The notes under the pieces are model-generated. The model did not search any database, had not been told where the DNA came from, and saw only the letters and a program-made list of their open reading frames with translations. The position numbers and the translations under genes are program-made. Of a stretch of DNA of 64,000 nt, positions 50,416 to 64,000 are shown piece after piece; position 1 is the stretch's first letter, and the number at the start of each line of letters is the position of its first letter. Origin of the DNA: the human T2T-CHM13v2.0 reference genome, Homo sapiens; the NCBI RefSeq assembly GCF_009914755.1, contig NC_060925.1; one strand, written 5' to 3'.

Positions 50416-53400
50416 TATACAAAAATTAACTCAAGATGAATTAAGGACTTAAACGTAAAACCTAAAACCATAAAAACTCTAGAAGAAAACCTAGGCAATA
50501 CCATTCAGGAAATAGGCAGGGGCAAAGACTTCATGAATAAAACACCAAAAACAATGGCAACAAAAGCCAAATTGACAAATGGAATCTAATTAAACTAATG
50601 AGCTTCCACACAGAAAAAGAAATTATCATTAGAGTGAACTGGCAGCCTACAGAACGGGAGAAAAATTTTGCAATCTATCAATGTGACAAAGGTCTAATAT
50701 CCAGAATCTACAAGGAACTTAAACAAAATTTACAAAAATAAAACAACCCCATCAAAAAGTAGGTGAAGAATATGAACAGACACTTCTCAAAATAAGACAT
50801 TTATGTGGTCAACAAACATGAAAAAAACCTCATCATCACTGATCATTAGAGAAATGCAAATCAAAACCACAATGAGATACCATCTCACACCAGTTAGAAT
50901 GGCGATCATTAAAAAATCAAGAAACAGCAGATACTGCAGGGGAAATGGAGAAACAGGAACGTTTTTACACTGTTGGTGGGAGTGTAAATTAGTTCAACCA
51001 TTGTGGAAGACAGTGTTGTGATTCCTCCAGGATCTAGAACCAGAAATACCATTTGACCCAGTGATCCCATTACTGGGTATATACCCAAAGGATTATAAAT
51101 CATTCTACTATAAAGACACAAGCACACATATGTTTATTGCAGCGCTATTCACAATAGCAAAGACTTGGAACCAACCCAAATGTTCATCAATGATAGACTG
51201 GATAAAGAAAATGTGGCACATATACACCATGGAATACTATGCAGCCATAAAAAAGAATGAGTTCATGTCCTTTGCAGGGACACAGATGAGTCTGGAAACC
51301 ATCACTCTCAGCAAACTAACACAAGAACAGAAAACCAAACAATGCATGTTCTCCCTCATAGGTGAGAGTTGAACAATGAGAACACATAGACACAGGGAGG
51401 GGAACATCACACACAGGGGCCTGTCAGGGGGTAGGGGACAAGGGAAGGGAGAGCATTAAGACAAATACCTAATGCATGTGGGGCTTAAAACATAGGTGAT
51501 GGGTTGATGGGTGCAGCAAACCACCATGACACATGTAAACCTATGTAACAAACCTGCATGTTCTGCACATGTATCCCAGAACTTAAAGTATAATAAAAAA
51601 ATGCATCAGAGTGCTTTAATAACAGAATAGATGAAGCAGAAGGAAGAATTTGTGAGCCTGATTTAAAAACACAGAGTAAGAGCAGACAAAAGAAAAAAAG
51701 AATAAAAAACAATGGAGCATGTCTACAGATCTAGAAAACATCCTCAAAAAGGTAAATCTAAGGGTTATTGGCCTTAAAAGGAGGTAGAGAAAGAGACAGG
51801 ATTAGAAAGTTTATTCAAAGGGATAATAACAGAGAACTTCCCAATCCTAAAGAAAGACATCAATATCCAAGTATGAGAAGGTTGTAGAACACCAAGCAGA
51901 TTTAACCCAAGGAAAATTACCTCAAAGCATTTAATAATCAAACTCCCAAAGGTCAAGGATAAAGAAAGGATCCTAAAAGCAGCAAATAACCAATAACATA
52001 CAATGGAGCTCCAATACATCCGGCAGCCGACTTTTCAGTGGAAACCTTACAGGCCAGGTGAGAGTGACATGACATACTTAGGTGCTGAAGGAAAAAACAT
52101 TTACCCTGGAATAGTATATTAGGCAAGAATATCCTTCAAACATGAAGAATAAATAAATACTTCCCCAGACAAACAAAAGCTGAGGAATTTAATCAATTTG
52201 ATTTAATCATTTTTGTACCTGTCTTACAAGAAATTCTAAAGGAAGTATTTCAATCAGAGAGAAAATAACATTAAGGAGCAATAAAATAATCAACTGAAGG
52301 TACAAAATTCACTGGTAATAGTAAGTACATAGCAAAACACAGCATTTTATAGCACTGTAACTGTGGTGTATAAACTACTCTTATCCTAAGTAGAAAGATT
52401 ACATGAATAACCAATCAAAAATAATTACAACAAGATATAGTACAGTAAGATATAAATAAAAACAAAAAGTTAAAAAATGAAGGGACAAAGTTAAAGTAAT
52501 TTCTTATTAGTTTTTTGTTTGTCTGTCTATGCAAATAGTGTTAAGTTGATAGAAGATTAAAATAATGGGTTATAAGGCAGTCTTGGTAACCTCAAACCAA
52601 AAAACATGAAATGGATACATAAAAATAAAAAGCAAGAAATTAAATCATATCTCCAGAGAAAATTACCTTCACTAAAAGAAAAACAAGAAGGAAATAAATA
52701 AGGAAGAAAAAACAAAAACAACCAGAAAACAAATAACAAAATGGCAGGAGTAAGTCCTTACTTATCAATAATAATATGGAATGTAAATGGACTAAACTCT
52801 CCAGTCAAAGTACACAGACTGGCTGAATGGATGGGGGAAAAAAAAGAAGCAATAATCTGTTGCCTTGAAGAAACACATTTCACCTCTAAAGACACACAGA
52901 CTAAAAATAAAGGAATGGGATAAGATAATCCATGCCAATGGAACCAATAAAAGAGCAGGAGTCACTATACTTATATCAGACAAAATAGATTTCAAGAAAA
53001 AAAACTATCAGAAAAGACAAAGAAGGTCACTACATAATGACAAATAGGTCAATTCAGCAAGAGGATATAACAATTTTAAATACATATGTGCCCAACACTG
53101 GAGCACCCAGATACATAAAAGAAATATTAGAGCTAAAGACAGAGATAAGCCCTGATACAACTGGAAACTTCAATACCCCACTTTCAGCATTGGAGAGATC
53201 TTCCAGGCCAAAAATCAACAAAGAAATATCAGAGTTAATCTGCCCTGTAGACCAAATGGATCTAATAGATATTTACACAACATTTTATCCAAAATCTACA
53301 GAATACACATATTTTTTCCTCAGCACATGGATCATTCTCAAGGATACACCATATTTTAGGTCACAAAGTAAGTCTGAAAACAGTCAAAAATATGAAATAA

Positions 53401-53770
53401 TATCAAGGATCTTCTCTGACCAAAATGGAATAAAACTAGAAATTAATAAAAAGAGGAATTTTGAAACAATACAAATACATGGAAATGAAACAAAATGCTT
53501 CTAAATTACCAGTGGGTCAATGAAGAAATTAAGAAGAAAATTGAAAAATTTCTTGAAACAAGTGATAATGAAAATACAATATACCAAAACTGTGGAATAC
53601 AGCAAAAGCAGTACTAAGAGGGGGGGTTATAACTATAAGCACCTACATGAAGAAAAAGAAGAAAAACTCCAAATAAACAATCTATGATGCATCTTAAGGA
53701 ACTAGGAAAGCAAGAGCAAACCAAACCCAAAATTAGTAGAAGAAAAACAAATAATAAAGATCAGAACAGA

Positions 53771-54076
53771 GGCTGGGCGCAGTGGCACACACCTATAATC
53801 CAAATACTTTGGGAGGCCTAAGCAGTTAGATCGCTTGAACTTGAGTTCAAGACCAGTCTGGGAAACATGGTGAAACTCCATCTCTACCAAAAATATCAAA
53901 AATTACCAGGGCATGGTGGCACATGCCTATAGTCTCAGCTGCTCAAAAGGCTAAGGTGGGAGGATCACCTAAGCCCGGGAGGTTGAGGCTACAATGAGTC
54001 ATGATCATGCTACTGCACTCCAGCCTGGATGACAAAAGTGAGACTCCATATTACAAAAAAAAAAAAACAAAAAAAA
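53771..54076 (+). mobile_element. AluJ
   Basis: ggctgggcgcagtgg; gatcgcttgaac; gggaggatcacctaagcccgggaggttgaggctaca; A tail. Confidence 0.9.
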
Positions 54077-55147
54077 CTCGAGCAAAAAATAAACGAATTT
54101 GAAATTCAAAAAATACAAAAGATAAATGAACAAAAAGTTGGTTTGTTGAAAGGTTAAACAAAACTGACAAACCTTTAGCCAGACTAAGAAAAAAAGAACA
54201 TCCTTAGACGAAATTGACAAATTCCCAGATACATACAACCCGCTAAGGAAGAAATCCAAACCAAGAAGAAATCCAAAACCTGAACAGACTAATAACAAGT
54301 AATGAGATCAGAGCCATAATAAAAATCTCCCAGTAAAGAAAAGCCCAGGACCTGATGGTTCTGCTGTTGATTCTACCAAACATTTAAAGAAGAACTAATA
54401 CCAATCCTACTCAAACTATTCCAAAAAATAGAGGAATAGGGAATACTTCTAAACTCATTCTAGGAGGCCAGTACCCTCATACCAAAACCAAAGTCACATC
54501 AAAGAAAAAGAAAACTACAGGTCAAGATCTCTAATGAATATTGATGCAAAAAAATCCTCAACAAAATACTAGAAAACCAAATTCAACAATACATTAGAAA
54601 GATCATTCATCATGACCAAGTGGGATTTATCTCTGGGATGTAAGGATGGGACAACATACACAAATCAGTCAAGATACATCATTTCAACAGAATGAAAGAC
54701 AAAAACCATTTGATCACTTCAATCGATGATGAAAAAGCATTTGATAAAATCCAGCATCCCTTAATGAAAACAACCCTCAAAAAACTGGGGATAGAAGGGA
54801 CATACCTCAAAATAATAAAAGCCATATACAACAGACACACAGCTAGTACACTGAATGGTGAAAAACTAAAAGCCTTTCCTCTGAGATCTGGAACGACACA
54901 AGGATGCCCATTGTCATCACTGTTATTCAACATAGTACTGGAAGTCCTATTTAGAGCAATCAGACAAAAGAAAGATATAAAAAGCATCCAAATTGGAAAG
55001 GAAGAAGTCAAATTATCCTTGTTTGCAAATGATATGATCTTATATTTGGAAAAGCCTAAAGACTTCACAAGAAAATGATTAGAACTGATAAACAAATTCA
55101 GTAAAGTTGCAGGGTACAAAATCAACCTAGAAAAATCGGTAGCATTT

Positions 55148-55553
55148 TTTAAAAATTTTTTCTTTTAAGTTCTAGGGTATGTGTACAGGATGTGCAGGTT
55201 TGTTACATAGGTAAACATGTGCCATGGTGGCTTGCCGCACCTATCAACCCATCACCTAGGTATTAAGCCCAACATGCATTAGCAATTTTTCCTAATGCTC
55301 TCCCACCCCTCACTCCATCCCCCGACAGGCCCCAGTGCATGTTCTCCTCCCTGTGTCCATGTGTTCTCATTGTTCAGCTACCATTTATAAGTGAGAACAT
55401 GTGGTGTTTGGTTTTCTATTCCTGCATTAGTTTGCTGAGGATAATGGCTTCCAGCTCCATCCATGTTCCTTCAAAGGATATGATCTAGTTCCTTTTTATG
55501 GCTGCATAGTATTCCATGGTGTATAAGTACCAAATTTTCCTGATCCAGTCTAT
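55148..55553 (-). mobile_element. Short 5'-truncated L1PA (L1PA10/11-like) 3' end
   Basis: T tract then reverse 3'UTR (catcacctaggtattaagccc); host L1 resumes after a duplicated cattt. Confidence 0.88.
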
Positions 55554-58500
55554 CATTTGTATATGTCAATAGTGAACAATGTGAAAAAGAAATTTTAAAA
55601 GTAAACCAAATTATAATAGTCACACACAAAAGTAAATCTCTAGGAATTAACCAAAGAAGTGAAATATCTCTATACTGAAAACTATAAAACACTGATAAAA
55701 GAAATTGATGAGGATATTTTTTCCAAAAAATGGAAAAATATTCCATATTCATAGATTGGAAGAATTGATACTGTTAAAATGTCCATACTACCCAAAGCAA
55801 TCTACAGATTCAGTGCAATTCCTGTCAAAATACTAATGACATTTTTCACAGAAACTGAAAAACAATTCTAAAATTTATATGGAACCACCAAAAGATCCAG
55901 AATAGTCAAGTCATTCTGAGCAAAATGAAGAAAATTGAAAGAATCACATTACCCGATTTCAAAGTATGCTATAGAGCTACAGTAACCAAAACAGCATGGT
56001 GCTGGCATAAAAAACAGACACATAGACTAATGGAACAGAGTAGAGAACCCAGAAACAATTCCACACACCTACAGTGAACTCATTTTCAGCAAAGGTGCCA
56101 AAAACATACAGTAGAGAAAAGACAATCTCTTCAATAAATGGTGCTGAGAAATTGGATATCCATATGCAGAAGAATGAAACAAGACCCCTATCTATCACCA
56201 TATACAAAAATCAAATCAAAATGGATTGAAGACTCAAATCTAAGTCCTCAAACCATGAAACTACTGCAAGAAAACATTGGAGAAACTCTGCAGGACATTG
56301 GTGTGGGCAAAAATTTATTGAGTAATACCCCACAAACAGAGGCAACCACAGTAAAAGTTGAAAAATTGGATCACATCAAGTTAAAAAGCCTCTGCAAAGC
56401 AAAAGATACATCAACAAAGTGAAGATAAAGCCCACAGAATGGGAGAAAATATTTGTTAACTACCCATCTGACAAGGGATTAATAACCAGAATATACAACG
56501 AGCTCAAACAACTCTATAGGAAACAAATCTAATAATCCAATCAAAAGATGGACAAAATATTTGAATAGATTTTTCTAAAAAAAAAAAACAGAAAATGGCA
56601 AACAGGTATATTAAAAAGTACCCAAAATCATCGATTATCAGAGAAATGCAAATCAAAATTACAATGAGATATCATTTGACCCCAGTTAAAATGGCTTACA
56701 TCCAGAAGACAGGCAATAACAAATGCAGGCAAGGATGTGTAGAAAAAGGGAACCCTTGTACACTGTTGGTGGGAATGTAAATTAGCACAACCGCTATGGA
56801 GGACAGTTTGGACTTTCCTCAAAAAACAAAATATTGAGCTAGTATGTGATTCCACAATCCCACTGCTGTATATATAAATAAAAGAAAGAAAATCAGTATA
56901 TTAAGGAGATATCTACACTCCTGTTTGTTGCAGCACTGTTTACAATAGCTAAGATTTGGAAGCAACCTAACTATCCATCAATAGATGAATGGATGAAAAA
57001 AGAAAGGTATTACATATACACAATGGTGTGCTAGTCAGCCATAAAAAAGAATGAAATCCAGTGATTTACAACAACATGGATGGAACTGGAGATCATTATG
57101 TAAGTGAAACAAGCCAGGCTCAGAAAGACACACATAGCATGTTCTCACTTATTTGTGGGATTTAAAAATCAAAACGATGGAACTCATGGACTTAGACAGT
57201 AGACGGATATTACTAGAGCCCAGGAAGGGTAGTGGGGAGCTATGGGGGTAGGTATTGATGGCTAATGGATACCGAAAAAATAGAAAGAATGAATAAGACC
57301 TACTATTTGATAGCACAACAGGGTGACTATAGTCAATAATAACTTTACATTTTTAAATAACTGAAAGAGTAATTGGATTGTTTGCAAATCAATGGATAAA
57401 TGCTTGAAAAGATGGGTACCCCATTCTTCATGATGTGCTTATTTCACATTGCATGCCTACATGAGAAAATCTCATGTACCTCATAAATATATACACCTAC
57501 CATGTACCCATAACAATCTTAAATTAAAAAATAAAATAATAAAAAAGCAGAAGATAAGTGTTAGCCAAGATGTGGAGAAAAGAGAACCCTTATATACTAT
57601 TGGTGGGCATATAAATTAGTACGGCCATTATCGAAAACAGCATGGATGTTCCTAAACAAATTAAAAATAGAACTACTATATGGTCCACTAATCCTACTTC
57701 TGGATATATATCCAAATGAAATAAAATTAATATCTCTAAGAGATATGTGCCCTCTCATGTTCATTGCAGCATTATTCACAATAGCCAAGATACAGAATCA
57801 ACCTAAGTGTCCAACAGATGAATGGATTAAAAAAATGCAGTGTATATATACAATGGTATATTATTCTGCCTTAAAAAAGAAGAAAATCCTGTCATCTGTA
57901 ACAACATAGATGAATCTAGAGAATAATATGCTAAGGGATGTAGGCCAGGCACAGAAAGACAAATACTGCATTATCTCACTTTTATGTGTAATCTAAAAAA
58001 GTCAAATTCATAGATACAGAGAATAGAATGGTACTTGCCAGAGGCTGGGAGATGAAAGGGCTGGGGAGATGCTGAAATGGCACAACGTTTCAGTTAATCA
58101 AGATAAATAAGTTCTGGAGATCTAATGTACAGTATGGTGACTCTAGTTAATAATACTGTTTTGTATACTTGAAATTTGCTAAGAGAGTGTATCTTAAATG
58201 TTTTCACCACATACAAAAGGCAAGAACTATGTGAAGGGGTGAATATGTTAATCAGCTTCATTATGATAATCAATTCACAATAGCTACATATATCAAAACA
58301 TGTTGCATACTATGAATATATACAATTTTTATTTGTCAATCATGCCTCAATAAAGCTGGGTGGGGAAAGGTAAAAGGTGGATAGGGTGTGGTTTGCCTCT
58401 AACAGTTTGAAGAAATGCCACCTTTTGTTTCCATTCTTGGCCCGCTTTAACAAACACTCATATCTATGTAAGCTGGGGTCTGACTTGTCACAAGCAGGCA

Positions 58501-58889
58501 GAGGAAAGGGAACAGAGGGTTTCACTTGAGTTAACTGTCAAAGCACTTTCAGCCAAAATCTCAATCATTGGGTGCACTTGACAGATTCAGAAAACAATTT
58601 CTGGATCCATCCAAAAACCTGGAACTGTTGTAAGAACAATTCATCCCCTTTATTTGTCCTAAGATAAGTTCTGAACACAAGTAAAGAAAACCAGATTGCT
58701 CTATATCAGAATAAGTAAGTAAGACTGCACTAAAAAGCAAGATTGAAGGTAGCTTAAAAATACATCCAAGTTGTCCTGAAAGCTTTCAGTGCTTCTGACA
58801 ATACAACAATCACATTAGCATCTATTTTCCAGTTTATACCTATTGGAATCTCTTCTTTCAACTCTGTTGAATTTTCAACCTTTTTCTAC

Positions 58890-60255
58890 TAGTGAGAGGC
58901 AGAAAACCTGATGGGTTTAAAACCTGGATCTACCACATAGAGGAAATCATTCCTCTACCACTAGATGAAATCTTTCAACCTCTCTGGACCTTAATTTCTT
59001 CATTCCTAAAATAAGAATTAATAAGGTCTGGTCTGTCTACCAAATGCGGTGGCATGCAAATCAATAGACGTATGTAAAATTACTCTAAATTGTAAAATTC
59101 TACATAAAACACTTAGCATAATTAATATGAGCAGTACAATTAGTTCATAGCTAAGGTGGCTTGAAAATCCCTGCGCTTGATAAACACAAGGAAGAAGAAT
59201 AAGGAATTTTTGCTAATCTTGGAAGAAACAGTAGTGGAAGGGAGAGAAAAAAGCAAAGATAACCTCCTTTGGAGCTCTTTTTTACAACTGGGCCCTGGTG
59301 TGAAAATTTTCCCCACATTCAAAAATCATGTTCTTCAATTCCAAGAGTCAGAATGTTCAATTGTACATCTCTGAACTCCTTTTCAGCATCAGGCAGAACT
59401 AAATCCAAATTATTAATATAGTACTTGTTTTATTTAGAATTTCTAAATGGATGTTTTCATTTACTTGTCCAGCTAAAGTAGACTATAGGCAGTCTTAAAT
59501 ATATCAGTCATGCATCTTTGATTGTCTTATGTCTCACTTCACAGTAAGACATTCTGTGAAGCAGAAAATACTATGGTTGAAGGAGCATTGCATAAGCTAT
59601 CTAAAAGGAGACCTGGAGCTCTAATCATAACTTGCTGTCTTGACCTTGAGCAAATCACAACCTCCTTTTGTTTGAGCTTCATTATCTATAGAACAGTGGT
59701 AATTATATCTGTCTTATATCCCTCATAGAGTAAGGGTGAAAGTCATGTGAGATTATCTGTGAAAGCAAGATATTTAAAAGATAAAAACTGTTAGGTAAAT
59801 GCAAAAGAACTAGTAATGTAGGGTTTTAAATATATACATATATATACACACACACATATATAGATATATAAAATATCATTCTATATGAATTCTACCAATG
59901 CATTTTATTTCTCCTTCCAGAGCAATACAAAATAAGACATCTTCCACACGCCAGCCTTTCATTTATTTACCATTCAGACATTTATTAAACATTATATACA
60001 AGACAGATTCCTTTGTAGAAAATTGAAAAAATAAGTTCTGTATGAAGGTATCTGGATTGAAAGTGCAAATGTGCCACTACGTGACTTTGAGCAAATTGTG
60101 GACTCTCACCGTCAGTTACTTTAATAGCAAAATGGAAGTGATACTAGCCATTTTGCAAAGTTGTTGTGGCATTTCAAAGGAGATATTATATATAAAATTA
60201 CCTAGCAGAGCACTAGCATATAGAACTGCTCAATAAATGAAGCTCCTGTTATTAT
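58890..60255 (+). mobile_element. Three MIR copies (about 58890-59110, 59555-59810, 60050-60255)
   Basis: MIR cores: aacctctctggaccttaatttcttcat; tgaccttgagcaaatcacaacctc; gtgactttgagcaaattg...ctcaataaatg. Confidence 0.65.
59830..59870. repeat. Mixed (TA)n/(CA)n microsatellite
   Basis: atatatacatatatatacacacacacatatatagatatata. Confidence 0.8.
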
Positions 60256-60299
60256 TATTTCAGGTATATTTTCTCATGTCATTCAACCCAAGAACTCCT

Positions 60300-61030
60300 A
60301 ATCTAGATTCCATAACCCCGTTGCAACTGCATGCAAAATTTACGTATGTATGCACAAGTGCATCTTTCTGGGAGAAGGTACATAACTTTCATCAAATTCT
60401 AAAAACAGTAAAAACAGTCACTTCAACATAATCCATAAAGGTGATATCCAGCATAGAACACAATATTCCAGGAGTTGACTTAAACAGTGGGTAAGGTTGA
60501 AGCCATTAGCCCCCGTAAAGCAGCTCCCTTCCACACTCATAGGAGACATCACAAATCAATCACTAAATTATGTTCCACTGAGACCTGAAGCAAACTAATA
60601 ATGCCCCTCAAAAGATAGTTCTAGATAGACACTACCATTTTGCTAGAGGAACTTCTGAAGGTTAAACTCACTTGACCTCTTGACCTAGAACCAGCTTTTT
60701 TTCCCTTTCACTTAGCTGATTTTAAGCTGATAGTCACCTGAAACTGTTCTGTCTTTTCAAAGAATTGATATGCCATATAAACTTCCTACATCCCTCCCTC
60801 CATCTTATTACTTATTCAAATGTCAAAAGTTGGCCTCAGTCTTTTAAGATCATGTTAAATAATAATATAGTTATCCATTCACTTAATCATTTATCTAAAA
60901 AATGTTTATTGTAATGTCCTCTGTGTGCTTATCATCCACTGTGGGACTGTTAGCCAGCTCTCCAAGCTTTCAGTCATACATAAATTTGATTGATATGTTT
61001 CTGGGTCATTAATAAAAATCATATTAAAAT
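60300..61030. mobile_element. Ancient fragments: MER103-like (about 60320-60405) and CR1/L3-like pieces (about 60440-60480, 60955-61030)
   Basis: ctgggagaaggtacataactttcatcaaattct; agaacacaatattccag; gtcatacataaatttgat...tcattaataaaaat. Confidence 0.35.
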
Positions 61031-61127
61031 GGTATTTATTGCAATTAATATGTAGATGTAAAACAAGATACCCACAAAATTTCTAACTTAGGCTACTTCC
61101 TGAATACAGAATTAGTAGAAATAAATA

Positions 61128-61938
61128 TGTAATGGTTGATACTCCAATTATTAATTTATTGCCTCTAAGCTCCAAATCCATTCTTCATTACCTGCTCTGC
61201 AATAATGAAGCAGAAACCTGTAAATATTTCTTTTGCCAGCTAGCACAGTGCTAAACTTTGTCAGCAGAGGTCACTGGAGGGATACTGAAGAAGGAAAGAG
61301 TTTATGAATCTAGTTCCGGTATACTCCTCTTAGAAGGCTTCTGCACTATGAGCAACTTCTGTAGCATCCAAAGGCCAGTAGCATACATCACATCGTTGTG
61401 AATGGCTTCCCTCATTGCCCTCTAAGGTAACTTCTTCAGTGCCCAGCTCCTTAAGCAATTGAGGGTCAGCAGTGCCTGGTGGCCAGCAATGTTTGGCTTT
61501 GCAATGAAGTATGGCACCTCCCGTTGGAAGCCTTCCTATAGCATCCTTTGGGAAGCTTTGCAGCAGGTTCTGAGTCACACCACCGCTCCACGGACAGCTT
61601 TCTCAAGCACCCAGAAACTATATTATCAGCAAGTCCTGCCAGCACAACACCTCAGCAAATTCCTCCACCATTCGGTAAACTGCACCCTGTCCAACAAGAT
61701 CTGGATCTCAGCCCAGAGGCATAGAGGGGCTTTTCCTTGGATGCTCTTTCTCAGCCACAGGGGTAGTGGCTGCTCTCTATGCCTGCTATTCCAGTACTGT
61801 TTAGAGATCTCTTTGTCCCATTCTAGCCAATTCCTCATTACTCCAATCCCCAGTTATAGCTAATAACTCTTTATATTAAAATTGTCCTGTTCAAATTATC
61901 ATGTGATTTCAGTCTCCTGATTGGACTTTGCCTGATAT
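61128..61938 (+). mobile_element. ERVL-class LTR (LTR41/LTR52-like), probably a 5' LTR
   Basis: tgtaatggttga start; gctccaaatcc...cctgtaaatatttc...gccagctagcac...tttgtcagcagagg; ends gtctcctgattggactttgcctgatata. Confidence 0.7.
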
Positions 61939-62870
61939 AAAATTAAAATCACAACTGATCCAGGAGATAAACTGACAAAGTTGGGATTTTAGAATTGGTT
62001 TGGTCATGCACTTGGGCTTCAGCATAGTGCTGAGCTCCTTGCCAAAAGGAAATAGGATGCTATTAATTCTGACATGCAGTGGCATCAAAATTAATCAAGC
62101 TATCACTTGTCGCTTATTGTAATGAAAAACCAACTGAAGCAAATGCTTTGAAATCCAAGTGGCTCCTGCACTTGAACATTATAGCAATAATGATAATATT
62201 AAGGACTGTGACGTGGGATAGAAGCTTTTAAGTGTGACTTGAATGCCTATTTTTTAATACCGGCAAGCTCAAATCCTTTAACTCTCAGTTCAAGTCACGG
62301 CCTAAGAGCCATAAAGCTTTCATGATAGCCCTAAAAGAATCTCTAATTTCTGTAGCCATGTGGCGGATATTGTTGAAAATAAAACACAAAATATAATTGT
62401 GTGAGTTTCTGAGTTATAATAGTTGAACTGACAGTCTTGCCAAGTTTCTTACATGACAGTACTGATTAAGAAAGAATGGAATTCAGAAACTTGGGATAAG
62501 ATACCCAGTTGGACCCAGATGAAACTGACAGTCTTGAAAACTCCACTATTAATACACACAACTCTGGTCCTCCCTTACCAGTGGAAGTAGCTTGCCCTCT
62601 AGTATCTAAAAATATAGCCTTCCTTTGCTTCAAAATCCTGTGATAATGTCACCTGGTGAACATATCTTGAAAGAGAACGTTTATTTTCCTTAAGACCCAC
62701 CACAACCAGTTTCCATTGCCACTATATCCATAAACAGAGTTAAATGTCAGTATGCCCCAGGGATCAAGAACATACCAGGACCTGGGAAGAAATTATTAAC
62801 ATACACAAAACCTGCAACATTTTGCTAAAATATATGCAGAAACCATGGGAACATTTGTGGGTCTCGACAT
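61939..62870 (+). mobile_element. Decayed ERVL internal region (leader/gag remnant)
   Basis: Directly follows the LTR; gttgggattttagaattggtttggtcatg and ERVL-E-like downstream sequence; no intact ORF. Confidence 0.5.
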
Positions 62871-62874
62871 GTAG

Positions 62875-64000
62875 GCACCTGGGAGAAGCAAGTACTAAAC
62901 CAATCTGGAGGCACACCCAAAACAAAAACATTATGGGATACCCTAAAAAAAAATTTTAAAGCCACTAAAGACTAGCTCATGATTAAATAAATATAAAATC
63001 ACAAGGAAACAGTCCATAATAGGCAAGAATCAAGAGATACCAAAAAGGTATAATTAAAACCATAAGAATAGAACAAGATTCTGAAACAGATGACAAAACA
63101 AACATCTTTAAGTAACATGAAAGAAAGGATGAAAATCCTAAAACTAAAAAACTATGAAAATAGATGTTAGAAAAAGAGGCAAACAGAACTTTAAGACATG
63201 AAAAATGTCAATTAAATTTTTCAAACTTAATTAGCTATAGCTAAAGAGAGAATTCATGAAATTGAAGATAGGTCTGAGAAAATTATCCATAATGCATCAG
63301 AGATTTTTAAAAATTGAAAAACATCAAAGAGCATTTAAGAGATATGAAGGATGGAGTGAGAAGGTTCAAAGTAATCCTAATCAAAATTCCAGAAGAGGAA
63401 AATAGTAGCGAGAAGGTAACATTAAAAGATATGATAGTGGAGAATTTTCTGGTATTAATGAAATACATATATCCTCAGACTCATGAAATTCAAGATGTCT
63501 TGAGTATGATATAAATAAATAAAAAAGACACACATACTGTAATAAATCAAAAAAATCAAATAGAAACATAATATCTTAAAAAGTAGAAAAACATTATATA
63601 CAGGGGAAATATTTACTGTTGATAGCCCTCTCAACAGCAGCAATATGTCAGGAGACAATGAAATAGTAACAACAAAGTGCAGAATAAAGATAACTTTCAA
63701 TCTAGAATTCATCACCTAGATTTTTTTAAATCACTTTAGTAGAATAAAATAAAGATATTTTAGAAAAAAATATTAAGAGATTTAACAGAGCCTCACTGAA
63801 AGAATCACTCAAGGATGTATGTTAGGGGAAAGACTATAAGCTTAGAGGGACTGAATTAACAAAAACCATAATGTTAAAGTACTAGTAAACATGTGGGCAA
63901 ATCTAAAGAAGCTTTAACCATATAAAAACAAAGACTATAACCAAAAAAGAAAAAAAAAAAGGAACATTCATTTTGGAGGTCAAAATTAAGATGGAACTCA
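62875..64000 (+). mobile_element. Old L1ME/HAL1-type ORF1 remnant; continues beyond window end
   Basis: ORF 63314 LRDMKDGVRRFKVILIKIPEEE...IVENF resembles the ORF1p coiled-coil/RRM junction; A-rich. Confidence 0.65.

Larger units (their letters stand above)
44232..51599 (+). mobile_element. L1PA8-like element (5'UTR, ORF1 from 45559, ORF2 from about 46645), interrupted and internally deleted
   Basis: caagatggccgaata start; L1PA8-type 3'UTR (acaaatacctaatgcatgtggggcttaaaac); TSD aatgcatcag at 44222 and 51600. Confidence 0.9.
41548..57540 (+). mobile_element. Full-length decayed L1MA1-like element hosting THE1, L1PA8/L1PA5, AluJ and L1PA10-like inserts
   Basis: 5'UTR start gagaccaagatagc; ORF1 split at 44231/51600; ORF2 start MAGVSPYLSII at 52741; L1MA1/2-type 3'UTR gtgcttatttcacattgcatgcc. 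Confidence 0.85.
40575..58360 (+). mobile_element. L1MA8/9-like 5'-truncated element, split into 40575-41547 and 57545-58360
   Basis: ORF2 3' sequence stops at actattaaaaatcaaat and resumes at gataagtgttagccaagatgtggagaaaagagaaccc; 3'UTR ends aataaagctggg. Confidence 0.8.

Noticed and set aside
61459-61863. 134-aa ORF
   Set aside because: Lies wholly within an LTR, non-ATG start, no protein motif

Overview
AT-rich primate (human-like) genomic DNA, roughly two-thirds interspersed repeats (estimated by eye): L1 (L1PA, L1MA, L1MB, L1ME/HAL1-like), Alu, L2, MIR, MaLR/ERV LTRs and DNA-transposon fossils. There is no long intact gene; the ORFs in the track are decayed L1/L2/Alu/LTR frames or random short ORFs. 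Nearly all L1 sequence lies on the + strand, as expected inside an intron of a minus-strand gene. Four short minus-strand exon candidates (27201-27208, 16214-16244, 11026-11084, 1889-1910) splice into one open frame that I cannot assign to a known protein. Other notable structures: a four-deep nested L1 cluster with a chimeric deletion junction (40.6-58.4 kb), a twin-primed 5'-inverted L1 carrying three small tandem duplications, a tailless U2 snRNA retrocopy inside an LTR inside another LTR, an ORF0 homologue in a 188-codon antisense frame, and a solo MADE1/Hsmar1 TIR. Subfamily names come from remembered consensus sequences and need RepeatMasker/Dfam confirmation; most boundaries are approximate. 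I see no solid evidence for a wholly new biological system; the exon chain is the best lead.
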